This document shows positions 37,857-51,016 of a stretch of 64,000 nt of DNA, in pieces; the first letter of the stretch is position 1; the number at the start of each line of letters is the position of its first letter. The notes beneath the pieces were generated by a model. The model saw only the letters and a program-made list of their open reading frames with translations, was not told the origin of the DNA and ran no database searches. A program made the translations under genes and the position numbers. This stretch comes from Eledone cirrhosa (taxonomy: Eukaryota), in contig OZ024743.1 in assembly GCA_964016885.1 (NCBI GenBank), forward strand, positions 237,460,001 to 237,524,000, read 5' to 3'.

Positions 37857-38219
37857 ATATATTAGTAAAAAGGAAAAGAAAATGCTAACAAATTTTTCCC
37901 AGTGAAAAATAGTTTAATTAGGAATAAGTATAAATTAGTAACAAGTATTAGTTAATATTCAGTTTTAGTTTTAAGTTTTTACCGGTTGCGCATTTCTTAT
38001 GCTTTTCAAAAATAATTTTGAGATAGAGTGCTCGTGATTTTTGAGCCCTCTATCTCAAAATTATTTTTGAAAAGCTTAGGAAATGCGCAACCGGTAAAAA
38101 CTTAAAACTAAAACTTAATACTAACTAATACTTATTACTAATTTATACTTATTCCTAATTAAACTATTTTTCACTGGGAAAAATTTGTCAGCATTTTCTT
38201 TTCCTTTTTACTAATATAT
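37857..38219. repeat. Long foldback, 177-bp arms with 9-nt loop
   Basis: 37857-38033 is the reverse complement of 38043-38219 with few mismatches. Confidence 0.95.
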
Positions 38220-38393
38220 ATATATATATATGGGACTTTCCTGGTGATTTCATACGAATGAAATAGTTCTAGTCCTGTAGAAGTAATTTCTATATAATAT
38301 GTATTTGTAAAAAGTAACTGGAAATAACAAAACAAACAACACAGTACAATGAAAAAATATATTAGTTTAACGCTTTATATAGTAGGAAAATAG

Positions 38394-38429
38394 TCTTTAT
38401 GTTTCAAATACAAGTCCTTCATCAGAAGA
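38394..38429 (-). ncRNA. Hammerhead motif, family A, degenerate
   Basis: Minus strand TCTT CTGATGA AGGACTTGTATTT GAAACATA AAGA; stem I TCTT/AAGA retained. Confidence 0.55.
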
Positions 38430-38545
38430 TAGAATGAGAAATAAAAGATAAAATAGAAAGAGAGAGAAGAGGAAAGTCATCATCATCATCATCATCATGG
38501 TTTAATGTCGATCTTCCATGCTAGCATGGATTGGACGAAAAGGAA

Positions 38546-38649
38546 ATGCTTACAGCACCTAGGTTTCCCATGTGGTCACCCATTTAAGTACTAACTAGGC
38601 TCGATGTTGCTTAACTTCGGTGATTGGATGAGAATTGGTGTTTTCAGCG

Positions 38650-38654
<5 letters not shown>
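38546..38654 (-). pseudogene. 5S rRNA pseudogene, missing about 10 nt at the 5' end
   Basis: Minus strand ATAACGCTGAAAACACCAATTCTCATCCAATCACCGAAGTTAAGCAACATCGAGCCTAGTTAGTACTTAAATGGGTGACCACATGGGAAACCTAGGTGCTGTAAGCAT matches metazoan 5S, including box A and box C, with several substitutions. Confidence 0.9.
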
Positions 38655-38698
<44 letters not shown>

Positions 38699-38700
<2 letters not shown>

Positions 38701-40510
38701 AGATAGAGTCATCCCACAAATAAGAAAATACGTTATTTTACCACTCTGGGAAAACACCTCCCAGGTAATTAATTGGTTTAAAAATATTAGGTGTAAATCT
38801 TCTGCTTCTTTCCTACAGTTTGATATAGATAATTATTATTCTTCTATATCACCCATACTCCTGAATAAAGCATTAATATTTGCTAAAAATAGATCTAATT
38901 TAACTTCGGATGACATTAACATTATTACACATGCTAGACAAACACTTATTGAATTTCAGAATGAATACTGGACCAGAAACACTTATAGTAATCTTTTTGA
39001 TATTACTATGGGTTCAAGCGATTCTGCCCAAATTACTGATCTTGTGGGCCTCTTTCTCCTTTTCAACATAAATGCCTCTTTTCCCCACCTCAAAGGTGGT
39101 TTATATCGTGATGACTGTCTTCTTCTTTCTAACAACCTTAGCCTTTCAGAAATCGAAAAAAACAAAAAGCATATTAGAACTTTCCTTAAAGACTATTATA
39201 ATCTTAATATTACTTTTGAAAAAACAAGTAAAGTAGTAAATTTCCTAGATATAACTTTAGATTTAGCTACGGGTATATACCAACCTTACCATAAACCTAA
39301 CCAAAACTTACATTACATACACTCACAATCTAATCACCCTAAATCTATCCTTAAAAACCTTGCATATAATATATCACTTAGAATTTCTAACCTTTCTTCT
39401 AACCAAGATGTATTTGATAAAAATGCGACCTTTTATAATGAAGCTCTAGATAGAAGTGGCCACAAAAATAGATTAGAGTATATAACTTCTACTAAAAATA
39501 CTGAAAACATACAGCATAATATTACCAACAAACACCAAATGAAAAGTACACACCTAAATGCCACCCACAGTATACCCCAAAATACTAAATCTTCTAATAT
39601 AAAGTATAGTAACCCTCAAAAAACTACTCATCATAAGACTATAATAAATATTAATAATAAAACTCCTAATAAAAAAGATAAAACACCTAAATCTACAAAT
39701 ATAACTAAAAATAGTTGTGGTGAGATCATTAACATTATTCCTCCTAGTAAAAATCATGATACAACATATAAAAATAATAAAAATAATAAACAACATAGAA
39801 ACCGTAATAGACGAGTTACTTGGTATAATGCTCCTTTTAATTTACAAGTTAAGGATAATATTGCTAAAAAATTTTTTTATATCCTTGAGAAAAACTTCCC
39901 GCCAAACCACAAATACCATCAAATCTTAAATAGGTCTACAGTTAAATTCTCATATTCTACAACAAATAACATAAAACAAAATATAAGTGCATATAATGCA
40001 TATAAATGTAAGAAAACTATAAGTATACCACCAGTACATCAAATTAACAATAATATCTCCTCAAATACAGAATTAACGAAAGGATGTAACTGTAGAAACA
40101 AAACAAACTGCCCATTAAAAGGGAATTGTCTTGTTAACAACATAGTCTATAAATGTAATGTTAAAACTAAAGATTCTATTTGCTCATATATAGGAGCTAC
40201 CTCTAACAATTTTAAGACAAGGTATAATACCCACAAACATAGCTTTAAAAATGCCGCACTGGCTAATACAACATCTCTAGCAGAAAAAATCAATAGTTAT
40301 AAAAATAAAAATATAAAATATGATTTGACCTGGAGTGTGCTCAAAAGAGCCACCCCTTATCAAAATAATAGAAAGGAATGTAGATTATGTTCCCAAGAAC
40401 TATTTGAAATAATGAAGTCTAGGGATATCTTATTAAATAAAAGACAGGAATTAATTATATCGTGTAATCATAAACTAAAAAAAACATTTAAATATTATAA
40501 ACCTAATTAA
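38699..40510 (+). CDS. Penelope-like element ORF, 5'-truncated: reverse transcriptase + C-terminal GIY-YIG endonuclease
   Basis: QFDIDNYYSSI, ITMGSSDSA, GLYRDDCL, NFLDITLD RT motifs; CNC-x4-CPLKGNC, IVYKC...YIGAT...FKTRYNTH GIY-YIG; CRLC...LLNKRQE...CNH. About 600 codons without a stop, starting abruptly after (AT)n. Confidence 0.93.
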
Positions 40511-42368
40511 TAACATTATTCTAGAATTTAATTTAATTTAAATGTTAGTTAACCTATAAATTTAATTTAATTAATATTTTATTACAGATGAGAAAATATT
40601 ATGTAATCATTAATTTTGAAAAACCTTTAAATATTACTAATATATATTCAGTAATTTAATTTATAGATTAATTTTAACTTATTTTAACCTTTTATTATAA
40701 TTTTTTAATTTAGTTTAACCTTTTATTATAATTTTTTTTTTTTTTTTTTTTTATTATAATTCTTTTACAGATAAAATATAACAAAATAATATCATGTATC
40801 CTATGACGGAGAAAGAATTTTTAGTATTATTGACCTAATTAATATACATTTTGGAAATATATTTATTATTTGGTTTTAGCTTTAATCAACCTAAAACTTT
40901 AATTTTAATTTTAATTTGCTTAAAATTAGTATCCTTGTACAGACGAATTGCAGAATTTCATGTAATCATAGAATGGGAGGTGTTTTTGGATATATACCTA
41001 GTTAATATATTCTGTGCAAATTTTTTGAAAAAGATATGTATATCTATATGTATATGTATATGTGTGTATTGTATGTGTATCTGTATGTATATTTATGTGA
41101 CTATATATGTATGTATGTGTATATATATGTATATATATATATATATATGTGTATGTATATGTATATGTATGTGTATGTGTATGTATATGTATATGTATGC
41201 GTATTAATTTTGATTTTTATTTGCATATAATTATATTATGCTATTGATGAAATACAATATCTGCTTTATGTATTGTATACCTAATTAACATATACTAATT
41301 AACATATACTATTGAAATAAATATATAATTTTTAACTTAGTTAACATATAATTTATATGCTACTACCGATGTAATACTTTATTTTATTTTTATTTGGGTT
41401 TCTTTTCCCTATTACTAAATTCATCTCCTAATATTGATACCATAACGTTATTAACTTTAATTTAGTTATAATGTAATTAATAATCTACTACTGTTTGACT
41501 TCATAATTCTGCTTCAAATATTATAAACCTAACTAATTTACACCTTGGAAATCAATATGTTGACTATCTTTGGTTTAGTTGACATATGATTAATGGTATA
41601 CTTTTTTATTTTGTGATGCATAGATTTCGTATTTCCTAGCACTGAAAATATGTAGGAACATACATTGAATTAAGATATGGAAAATATTATAGGTTTTTTG
41701 AAACATATATTTACTTTGATCCCCTTCTCCAAACCCCCCCCTTTCCCCCATACTATTATCATCTGTTTTTGTAAGTGTATATGTATGAATATATGTGTAG
41801 ATGGGTGTCTATATAGTTTTTTTTTGGTATTTATTTCTAAATATAAAAATACATATATGAGCATGTAAATAGGAATGTAAGATTGAGTGTGTATATATGA
41901 TTGTACATACATATGTATGTATATATATGTATATATATGTATTATATATGTACGTGTATGTGAATGTGTGGTATATATATGTGTATGTATATGTATATAT
42001 GTGTGTGTATGTGTATGCTTGTATATAGGAATATATGTGTGTGTATATATGTATATATGTGTATATGCGTGTTTGTATGTATGTGTATATGGGTTCTGTA
42101 TATATTTGTATGTCTCTCTATTTATATGTTTATCTTCGTATCTATGTGATATATGTGTGTGTGTGTGCACGTATGCATATGTATGTGTTTGTGTGTGTTT
42201 GTATGTGTGTGTGTATATATATATTTGTATTTGCGCACACTCACATACACATATATATATATATATATATATATATGTGAGTGTGTATGTGTGTCTGTAT
42301 GTGTGTGCGTGTGTGTATATGTGTATATATAGATATATATGTGTATATATGTGTATGTGTGTGTATAT

Positions 42369-42406
<38 letters not shown>

Positions 42407-42545
42407 ATATAGGTGTCTATGTGTGAATATATGTCTTTATTCGTATGTGTGTATTTATATATGTTTATATTTAGGTGTATGTATGTATGTGTATGTATGT
42501 ATGTATATGTATGTATGTGTATGTATATGTGTATATGTGTGTATA

Positions 42546-42576
<31 letters not shown>

Positions 42577-42793
42577 TATTCTTTATTAATATTGTAATAT
42601 AACTTATGTGTATGTGTGTATAAGTGAGGTTGTGTATGTATATATACTATGTGTATATATAAGAGTAATGAAATATATATATATATATATATATATATGT
42701 GCATGTCTGTATTTTATGTGTGTGTGTATATATATATGTGTATGTGTGTATATATGTATGTATATATACATATGTGTGTACGTGTGTGTATGT

Positions 42794-42838
<45 letters not shown>

Positions 42839-42947
42839 TGGATGTTTGTATGTGTTTTCATGGTGGTATGAGTGTGGGATATATATGTTTGTGTATAAGT
42901 ATATGTATGTGTATGTATATATATATGAGTCTATGTGTGTGTGTATA

Positions 42948-42996
<49 letters not shown>

Positions 42997-43761
42997 ATGT
43001 GTGTATGTGTTGCGCGTGTGTGTGTCCGTATTTTTATCTTTTTATATGTGTATGTGTATGTTCGTGTAAATGTATGTGTGTGTATGACAGTATAGGTATG
43101 TGTGTATGTATGTATGTGTAGATATCTCTATGTGCGCGTACATGTATGTATGTGTATGTATATCTGTATGCGTATGTACATTATATTATATGTAATATAT
43201 TTTATTGTTTTTATTTTTTTATTTTTCATAATTTATAGATACATTTATATTAGGCTGTCTGGTCTGACAACCTAATACTGACCCCCCCCCCCTCCCACCT
43301 AATTTCTGTATCTTGATCTTGAAATGTGTGTACCAATGTGTTTATGTGAGTGACTTAATTTCTATTTGCTTATGATTTTATATCCACATATATAAATGTG
43401 AGTGGGGGAGTGTGTGTGTTTGTGTGTTCGTGGTTATGTGTATATTTATATATATACGCACATGTATGTGTGATTATACTGATATGTGTGAGTATGAAAA
43501 AAATATATTTATATGCTTGACTCCATAAGTATCATTGCGTATCTTATCAGCGCATTAAGCTTACAGAGATATTAACCTTGAAATTTTTTATTTGCATCCA
43601 TCTTTTTAGTATGCACATACAAATTATACACACATTATTGTAAAATGTGTGTGGGGTTTTACATGTATATACACACACCAAACTGCTTTTTAACCCTTTG
43701 TGTTTTCATTGGTCAATTTTGAACTGATATTTTGAATTGTTGTTATTATCAATAAATATAC

Positions 43762-43916
43762 TTCATTATTTCTGAAGACGGCGTATATATGAGTTAGGTA
43801 TGTATATTTAATCTTGATAATTTGTATAATTTTGTATAATTTTGTACATAGATCTGTTAAATATGCATACCAATTATAACACATATATACCCTAGAAACG
43901 ATCGTTAAATAGTGAA
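43762..43916 (+). ncRNA. Type I hammerhead ribozyme with about 115-nt extended stem II
   Basis: Stem I TTCATTATTT/AAATAGTGAA; CTGAAGA 43772-43778; GAAAC 43895-43899; palindromic stem III AACGATCGTT; stem II helices GTATATATG/CATATATAC and GGTATGTATATTTAA/TTAAATATGCATACC. Confidence 0.8.
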
Positions 43917-44101
43917 CTTTTTTTGTTTAATATAAGGAATTGTTTGTTCATTATTTGTTTAATATTTTATCTTGACTCTGTATACCGTTTATCTTTCACC
44001 GAAATTGGATTTTCATTACATCTCTTCTTTCCATGATATCCGGAATACATTGAGTTCTTCATACGGATTGGACACTACCGTAAACTCTTGGTAGATTTAT
44101 C

Positions 44102-44143
<42 letters not shown>

Positions 44144-45839
44144 ATATACAGAAGACCCGACTTCCCACAGGAACAATCTGAAACTGAAGCATATAGACAA
44201 TATGCCCTCATCCCCTCCCACTGCAAAGTGGTCGTGGAGGTGTCACGGCAAAAAAGCACCCAGCACTCACTGTAAATGAGGTTGGTGTTAGGAAGGGCAT
44301 CCAGGTGTAAAAATCAAGCCAGAATCAGTTACCATATGAGCAAGACAAGGTCACCCAACCTAACATTGCCCACAACAGGGCAACCAGTCTAACCCATGCT
44401 AGCGTTGAAGAATGAACGATGATGATGATGATGATGTTGATGGTGATATATATATTTATGTGTGTATGTGTGTATGTATTAGTGTATGATGTGTATATAT
44501 ATATATATACACACTTAATATGTATATATGGGGTTCAGATGTATTTTAAAATATTACACATTTGTTCAGTTTTCCATTTTTAAAAACATTATTGTATAAT
44601 TTTGTAATTTATAATCTATTTTAGGATTTTGTTTATGGGAGGGTTATTTGAAATGTGTGTGTATGTGTGTATGTGTGTGTTTGTATGTATGTAGGTATGT
44701 ATATATGTGTATGTATGTATGTATGTATGTGTATGTATATATATCTGCCTGTCTGTATGTATGTATATATGTCTGTCTGTCTGTCTGTCTGTTTGTATGT
44801 ATGTGTGTGTATGTATGCATGTATATGTGTGTATGTATGCATGTATATGTGTGTATGTATGCATGTATGTGTGTATGTATGCATGTATATGTGTGTATGT
44901 ATGTATGTATATGTGTGTATGTATGCATGTATATGTATGTATGTATGTATATGTGTGTATGTATGTATATATATGCGTGTATGTATGTATGTATGTATAT
45001 TTGTGTATGTATGTATATGTGTGTATGTATGTATGTATGTATATATATATCTCTGCCTGTCTGTCTGTTTATATGTATATATGTATATTTGTCTGTCTAT
45101 ATGTATATATATGTATGTATGTATGTATATGTATGTATGCATGTATGTATATCTGTTTGTCTGTATATATGCATATCTGTCTGTCTGTCTGTATGTATAC
45201 ATGCATCTATGTATGTATGTATGAAAGTATGTATACATGTATGTATGTATATCTGTCTGTTTGTATGTATACATGTATGTATGTATGTATGTATGTATGC
45301 ATGCATGTATATCTGTTTGTCTGTATATTTGTATATAAATAATCCTTAAAAGTATATAAACTTCCTTTATTACAAGCAGCGACAGTTCTAAGAAGAGAAC
45401 CTTTCTAAGAATGTGTTTGCCAAGAATTCTCAATCCCTCGGAATTCTTCCCTTAAATCTCATTTGGAAGGAAACAATTTTTGGTTAAAAAAACCAATAAG
45501 AACATATTTCTGTGATTTTAAAGTATAACAAGTGATCAGATATGGGATATCAAGTTGTTTGTCATTCTTGTTAGAACTTTTAATATTAATAAATTAAACA
45601 TACAAATACAAAATAGCCAAAAATCTCAGAAAAAATTAAAAAAATGAAAGAAAAAAAAGGTTAAAAGTTAATGTGGAAGCATTTAATAAAACTGGCTTTG
45701 TACAAAGCTTGGATGGATTATAATTGTAAACACATGTCCTCACACATACATATACATACACATGTAGCTGTTCATACCAATACATACAACAATAAATATA
45801 CACACAAATTTATATGTATACAGACACATATATATATAC

Positions 45840-45887
<48 letters not shown>

Positions 45888-45922
45888 GTAGATATATATA
45901 TATGTAGATATATATATGTATG

Positions 45923-45985
<63 letters not shown>

Positions 45986-46279
45986 ATATATATATATATG
46001 TATATATATATATTCATTAAAAACAACAGCAGGACTGGAAACTTTATAATTTTAATTTATTGCATCATCATTTCCGGAATCACCAGTTCTACTCATTGGT
46101 AAACAACATAAATGGTATATATTATATATAAAATAAAGGTTTAGATGCAGTGATTTCGATGTTGTTGTTTACAATTTGCTCAACAAATTCATTTGGAACA
46201 CAGGCATGGGATTAATTGTAAGACAACATTCCCAGCCAGAAGTCTAAGCTATGAAAACACTGTAATTATTATATTATAT

Positions 46280-46333
<54 letters not shown>

Positions 46334-46466
46334 GTGTGTGTGTATTTATATATAATTGGAAAGATGATGAATTAGTGGGATGGTGTTGTGTCGACTAGAT
46401 TGTTTTTTTTTCTTTTTAGCTGGATGGATTGGGGGTGACACATCTGATGGGGCATTTATTTAGTTG

Positions 46467-46513
<47 letters not shown>

Positions 46514-47187
46514 TATATATATATATACACACACACATATATATATATATTGAACTAAAACCTGTTGAGAAAGTGACTTCCTTGTTCAATCATCTTACCA
46601 GAAGCCTAACATTATTTGTATAAGTGGACAGTACTTGATTTAGGAGTCGCAGAAACCCAAATGCTGTATTTTACCAACCATCCAGGGGTCCGGGTAAATT
46701 TTTCAATCACATAATTTTTTATTTGTTTGACCCGAATTACTTGGTTGTTTCTATGGTTGTGCGGATGACGGTTTAACCATCGTCTCAGTGTGTTTGGCCT
46801 TTAACGTATGTTGTAGCTCTGGTTTGTTAGAATCTATTGAGTGCTTGTCACACATCTCGGAAGTTGTTTTTCGCTAATTCCAAAGCCGAAATACGATTCT
46901 CGCTAATTTATAATTATATACATATATATATATGTATATATATATATACATATATATATATATGTAGTAGTACTGGTGCTGCAATAAAATGCAGCCTGTA
47001 CACAGTGTAAACTGTTTGTCATTAGGTAGTGCATCCAGCTGTAGTATGACAGGCAAAGTTTACCTCAGCAGGAACCTAAATAACCAGAACAACTACTTCA
47101 TTACATTGACCCAGCACTCTCATTCTGCCAATCCACTATCCTATTCTACCCACCAAAAAAATAACAAAAAATGAACACACCTCCAAG

Positions 47188-47340
47188 AACTCGGAGGTGC
47201 ACCAGGTGTAAACTCGGAGGTGCACCAGGTGTAAACTCGGAGGTGCACCAGGTGTAAACTCGGAGGTGCACCAGGTGTAAACTCGGAGGTACACCTGGTG
47301 TAAACTCGGAGGTGCACCTGGTAATGCAGTGTAAACTCGC
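47188..47340. repeat. 23-bp minisatellite, about 6 copies
   Basis: AACTCGGAGGTGCACCAGGTGTA. Confidence 0.95.
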
Positions 47341-47986
47341 ATGAAAATGTCAAAAAATAAATATGATAATATGTTTTGATTTAGGCACAAGGCCACCAAT
47401 TTTGGGGGAGGGGAAAGTCGATTAAATCAACCCCAGTGCATTACAGGTACTTTATTTTATTGACCCCGTAAGGATGAAAGGCAAAGTTAACCTCGGCAGG
47501 ATTTCAACTTGGAACATAAAGGGATGTAACCATATGTCACAAAGCATGTTATACGATGCTCTACCAATATTGCCGATCCATCACCGTCATAATAATAAAC
47601 CCCCTCCTAGGTTTCTCTGGCAGTTGTTAGGTATCAATTGGCTTCAGATCAGTCCCTGATCTCAGAGAATAATGATTTCTGATTTAGGCACAAGGCCAAC
47701 AATTTGGGGGAGGGTAAAGTCGATTAAATTGACTCCAGTGCATTACTGGTACTTTATTATTTCGACCCTGTAAGGATGAAAGGCAAAGTTAACCTCAGCG
47801 GGATTAATAATAATAATAATAATTGTTTCTACTTTTGGCACAAGGCCAGCAATTACCCCAGTGCATTACTGGTACTTTATTAATAACCAAAATAGTCCAA
47901 TTAAACTGCTGTCGGCTTCCCTTGACAGTGAAAGCATTAAGAGAAAGATATAGGTGCAAACCAGGCATGGGCAACTTTATTGAGTA

Positions 47987-48244
47987 GTGGACCACATAGG
48001 ATGTGGTCCATCATAAGGTGGACCACATAGGATGTGGTCCATCATAAGGCAGGCCACATAGGATGTGGTTCATCATAAGGTGGACCACATAGGATGTAAA
48101 CCATCATAAGGTGGACCACATAGGATATAAACCATCATAAGGTGGACCACATAGGATGTGGCTCATGATAAGGTAGGCCACATAGGATGTAAACCATTAT
48201 AAGGTGGACCACATAGGACGTGGGCCATCATAAGGTGGGCCACA
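47987..48244. repeat. 31-bp minisatellite, about 8 copies
   Basis: GTGGACCACATAGGATGTGGTCCATCATAAG. Confidence 0.95.
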
Positions 48245-48756
48245 CTACTAAAACAAGACAATTTTGAAATTAGATGTGCTATTCAGAAAGTCAAACAGGC
48301 CACATGCTGCTCGCGGACCACAGTTTGCCTATGACTGGGGTAAACACATAAAACAATTATATTAGACGTCTCCAATGTTTCACAATCAGGCTCCACTTTG
48401 ATTTAAAAATAGAATCTGAGCCATCACCATGGTCAGATAAAGTTAGGATATAGTATATAGCATGGTATATACTATATAGTATGGTATATAATATATTATA
48501 TAGTATGGTATATAACATACTATATAGTATGGTATATAATGTAATATATAATATAGTATACAGCATGGTATATAATATATTATATAGTACGGTATATAAC
48601 ATACTATATAGTATGTTATATAATATATTATATAGTATGGTATTTAACATATTATATAATATGTTATATAGAATAGTATATAATATATTATATAGCATAG
48701 TATATAACATTATATAGTATGGTATATAACATATTATATAGTATGATATATATAAT

Positions 48757-49072
48757 GGAGGCACATGGCTTAGTGGTTAGAGCATTGGCCTTGCAATCGA
48801 AAGGTTGTGAGTTCAATTCTCAGACCAGGTGATGTGTTGTTTCCTTGAGCAAGACACTTTATTTCACATTGCTCCAGTTTACTCAGCTGTAGAAATGAGA
48901 TGGGGTCGCTATCATTCAACTGCAAAGTGGTCGTAGAGGTGCCACGGCAAAAAAGCACCCAGCACTCACTGTAAATGAGGTTGGTATATCCAGCTGTAGA
49001 AATCAAGCCAGAATCAGTTCCCGTCCCACCATTGCAAGGAGGGAAAAGTTGACGTAAAATGAAATGAAATGA
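48757..49072 (+). mobile_element. tRNA-derived SINE inserted in an AT-rich minisatellite
   Basis: A box TGGCTTAGTGG, B box GTTCAATTC; (GAAAT)n tail; same satellite on both sides. Confidence 0.75.
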
Positions 49073-49463
49073 TAATATATTATATAGTATGGTATATAAC
49101 ATATTTGATAGTATGGTATATAATATATAATATAGTATACAGCATGGTATATAACATTATATAGTATGGTATATAACATATCATATAGTATGGTGTATAA
49201 TATATACTATAGTATACAGCATGGTATCTAACGTAGTATATATGCCCCATTCTTAAGTCCCACACCTCACCACGATTGGACAAAGTATATGGACCCCATT
49301 TTGAAGTTTTAAGCTCCCACCAAAATATTGTCACCTTCTGGAACACTGGATCAGTCTACAGTGTAGGTTTTGTTATAAAATAGATCTCAAAAGTCAAAAA
49401 TATTGAAATAAACACCATATTGTAGATTTGTAAAGTTTCACTTGATAACTAGACATAGTCTAA

Positions 49464-49743
49464 CCCTTTAGCATTTAAACCGGCCATATCTGGTCTGAAT
49501 TGTCTCACCTCTTCCTGTTCAAACTGGCTGTAACCAGCCACTCATACTGATGTTATGGTATTGTTTTCAAAATATATAACATCAAAATCTCATAGATTCA
49601 ATATTATGTGAGGTAAAGCCTTTACTATGAAAATGCAATAGTATATATAGAGTAATGTAAATGTTATGTGAGATATTATATGAGGTAAAGCCTTTACTGT
49701 GAAAATGCAATAGTATATATAGAGTAATGTAAATGCTAAAGGG
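49464..49743. mobile_element. piggyBac-type MITE
   Basis: CCCTTTAGCATTTA...TAAATGCTAAAGGG|TTAA; internal duplication. Confidence 0.75.
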
Positions 49744-50204
49744 TTAAGTATACTTCCATATACTGAAGACTACAGTTAATATATAACAATTGTGTTGTTT
49801 ATAAAAATGTTCACTGTATCTCTGTATGTCATGAGAATTGATTACAAGGGTTGCCATTAGAAAGGCTATCTGGCATTACTTTAAAAAGCATCCCCAAGAT
49901 GTGGAAGACTCCTGTCATGTGACCTGCAAGGCTATTATCTGCTTTAATAGGGACAAATCACCTGCAAAGCTAATCTCTGAAAAGTGACCTTGTAATGTTT
50001 GTTATTGTTGTTGTCCATGAATATATTTTTCATGTAGCTGTATGAATGTCTCTCTACCATATTCCTACATGTAAGAAGCAACTAAAAGGGTTGATGTTAT
50101 CCAACATTAAAACATTCCTTCAAAACAGGACTCTATAATAGGATTAGACCTGACATAGGACCTTGCAAGGCTAACTTCTGCTTTAGCAGAGTAAATTGCT
50201 ATAA

Positions 50205-50708
50205 CCCTTTAGCATTTAAACCGGTTGTATCTGGCCAGAATTTTCTCACCTCTTTCTGTTCAAACCAGCCGTAACCAACCACAACCAGTCGCTCATACTG
50301 ACATTAAGGTATTGTTCTCAAAATAAATAATATCATCAAAATCTCATAGATTCAATATTATGTGAGATATCATGTGAGATAAAGCCTTTACTGTGAAAAT
50401 ACAATAGCATATAGTAATGTAAATATTATGTGAGATATCATGTGAGATAAAGCCTTTACTGTGAAAATACAACAGTATAGAGTAATGTAAATGTTATGTG
50501 AGATATCATGTGAGATAAAGCCTTTACTGTGAAAATACAATAGTATAGAGTAATGTAAATGTTATGTGAGATATCATGTGAGATAAAGCCTTTACTGTGA
50601 AAATACAATAGTATAGAGTAATGTAAATGTTATGTGAGATATCATGTGAGATAAAGCCTTTACTGTGAAAATACAACAGTATAGAGTAATGTAAATGTTA
50701 TGGATTAA
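50205..50708. mobile_element. piggyBac-type MITE with internal 68-bp x5 tandem array
   Basis: CCCTTTAGCATTTAAACCGG start; units at 50363, 50431, 50499, 50567, 50635. Confidence 0.7.
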
Positions 50709-51016
50709 AATGTTATTGTGTTGATAGAAAATATATTTATGAAGCATTTATCATAAAAACTGGTAAAAACTCAAATGTTGAAGTAAATAGCTGTTCTACA
50801 ACAACCCAAATGACATTTAAATCACATGAAATTGGAAAGCTATCTATGTATCTATAGCTACCTATTTATCTATCTATGTACCTATCTACCTACCTCAATC
50901 TATCTATCTACCTATTTATCTATCTACCTATCCGTCTATATACCTACTTATCCATCTATCTATCTACCTACCTACCTACCTACCTATCTACCTATCTATC
51001 TATCTATCTATCTATC

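Larger units (their letters stand above)
38699..44104 (+). mobile_element. Probable full extent of the Penelope-like insertion (ORF + long 3' region + pLTR with hammerhead)
   Basis: (AT)n tracts on both sides; hammerhead at 43762-43916 on the same strand as the ORF. The 3' boundary is inferred. Confidence 0.55.

Noticed and set aside
38624-38698. N-terminus MDENWCFQRYIYI of the 628-aa ORF
   Set aside because: Read-through from antisense 5S and (AT)n; not part of the Penelope protein.
34570-46100. Many [12 protein letters not shown]/poly-Met ORFs
   Set aside because: Microsatellite translations.
48757-48830. Possible tRNA genes at 28208, 28949 and 48757
   Set aside because: A/B boxes run into shared SINE bodies with no acceptor stem or terminator.
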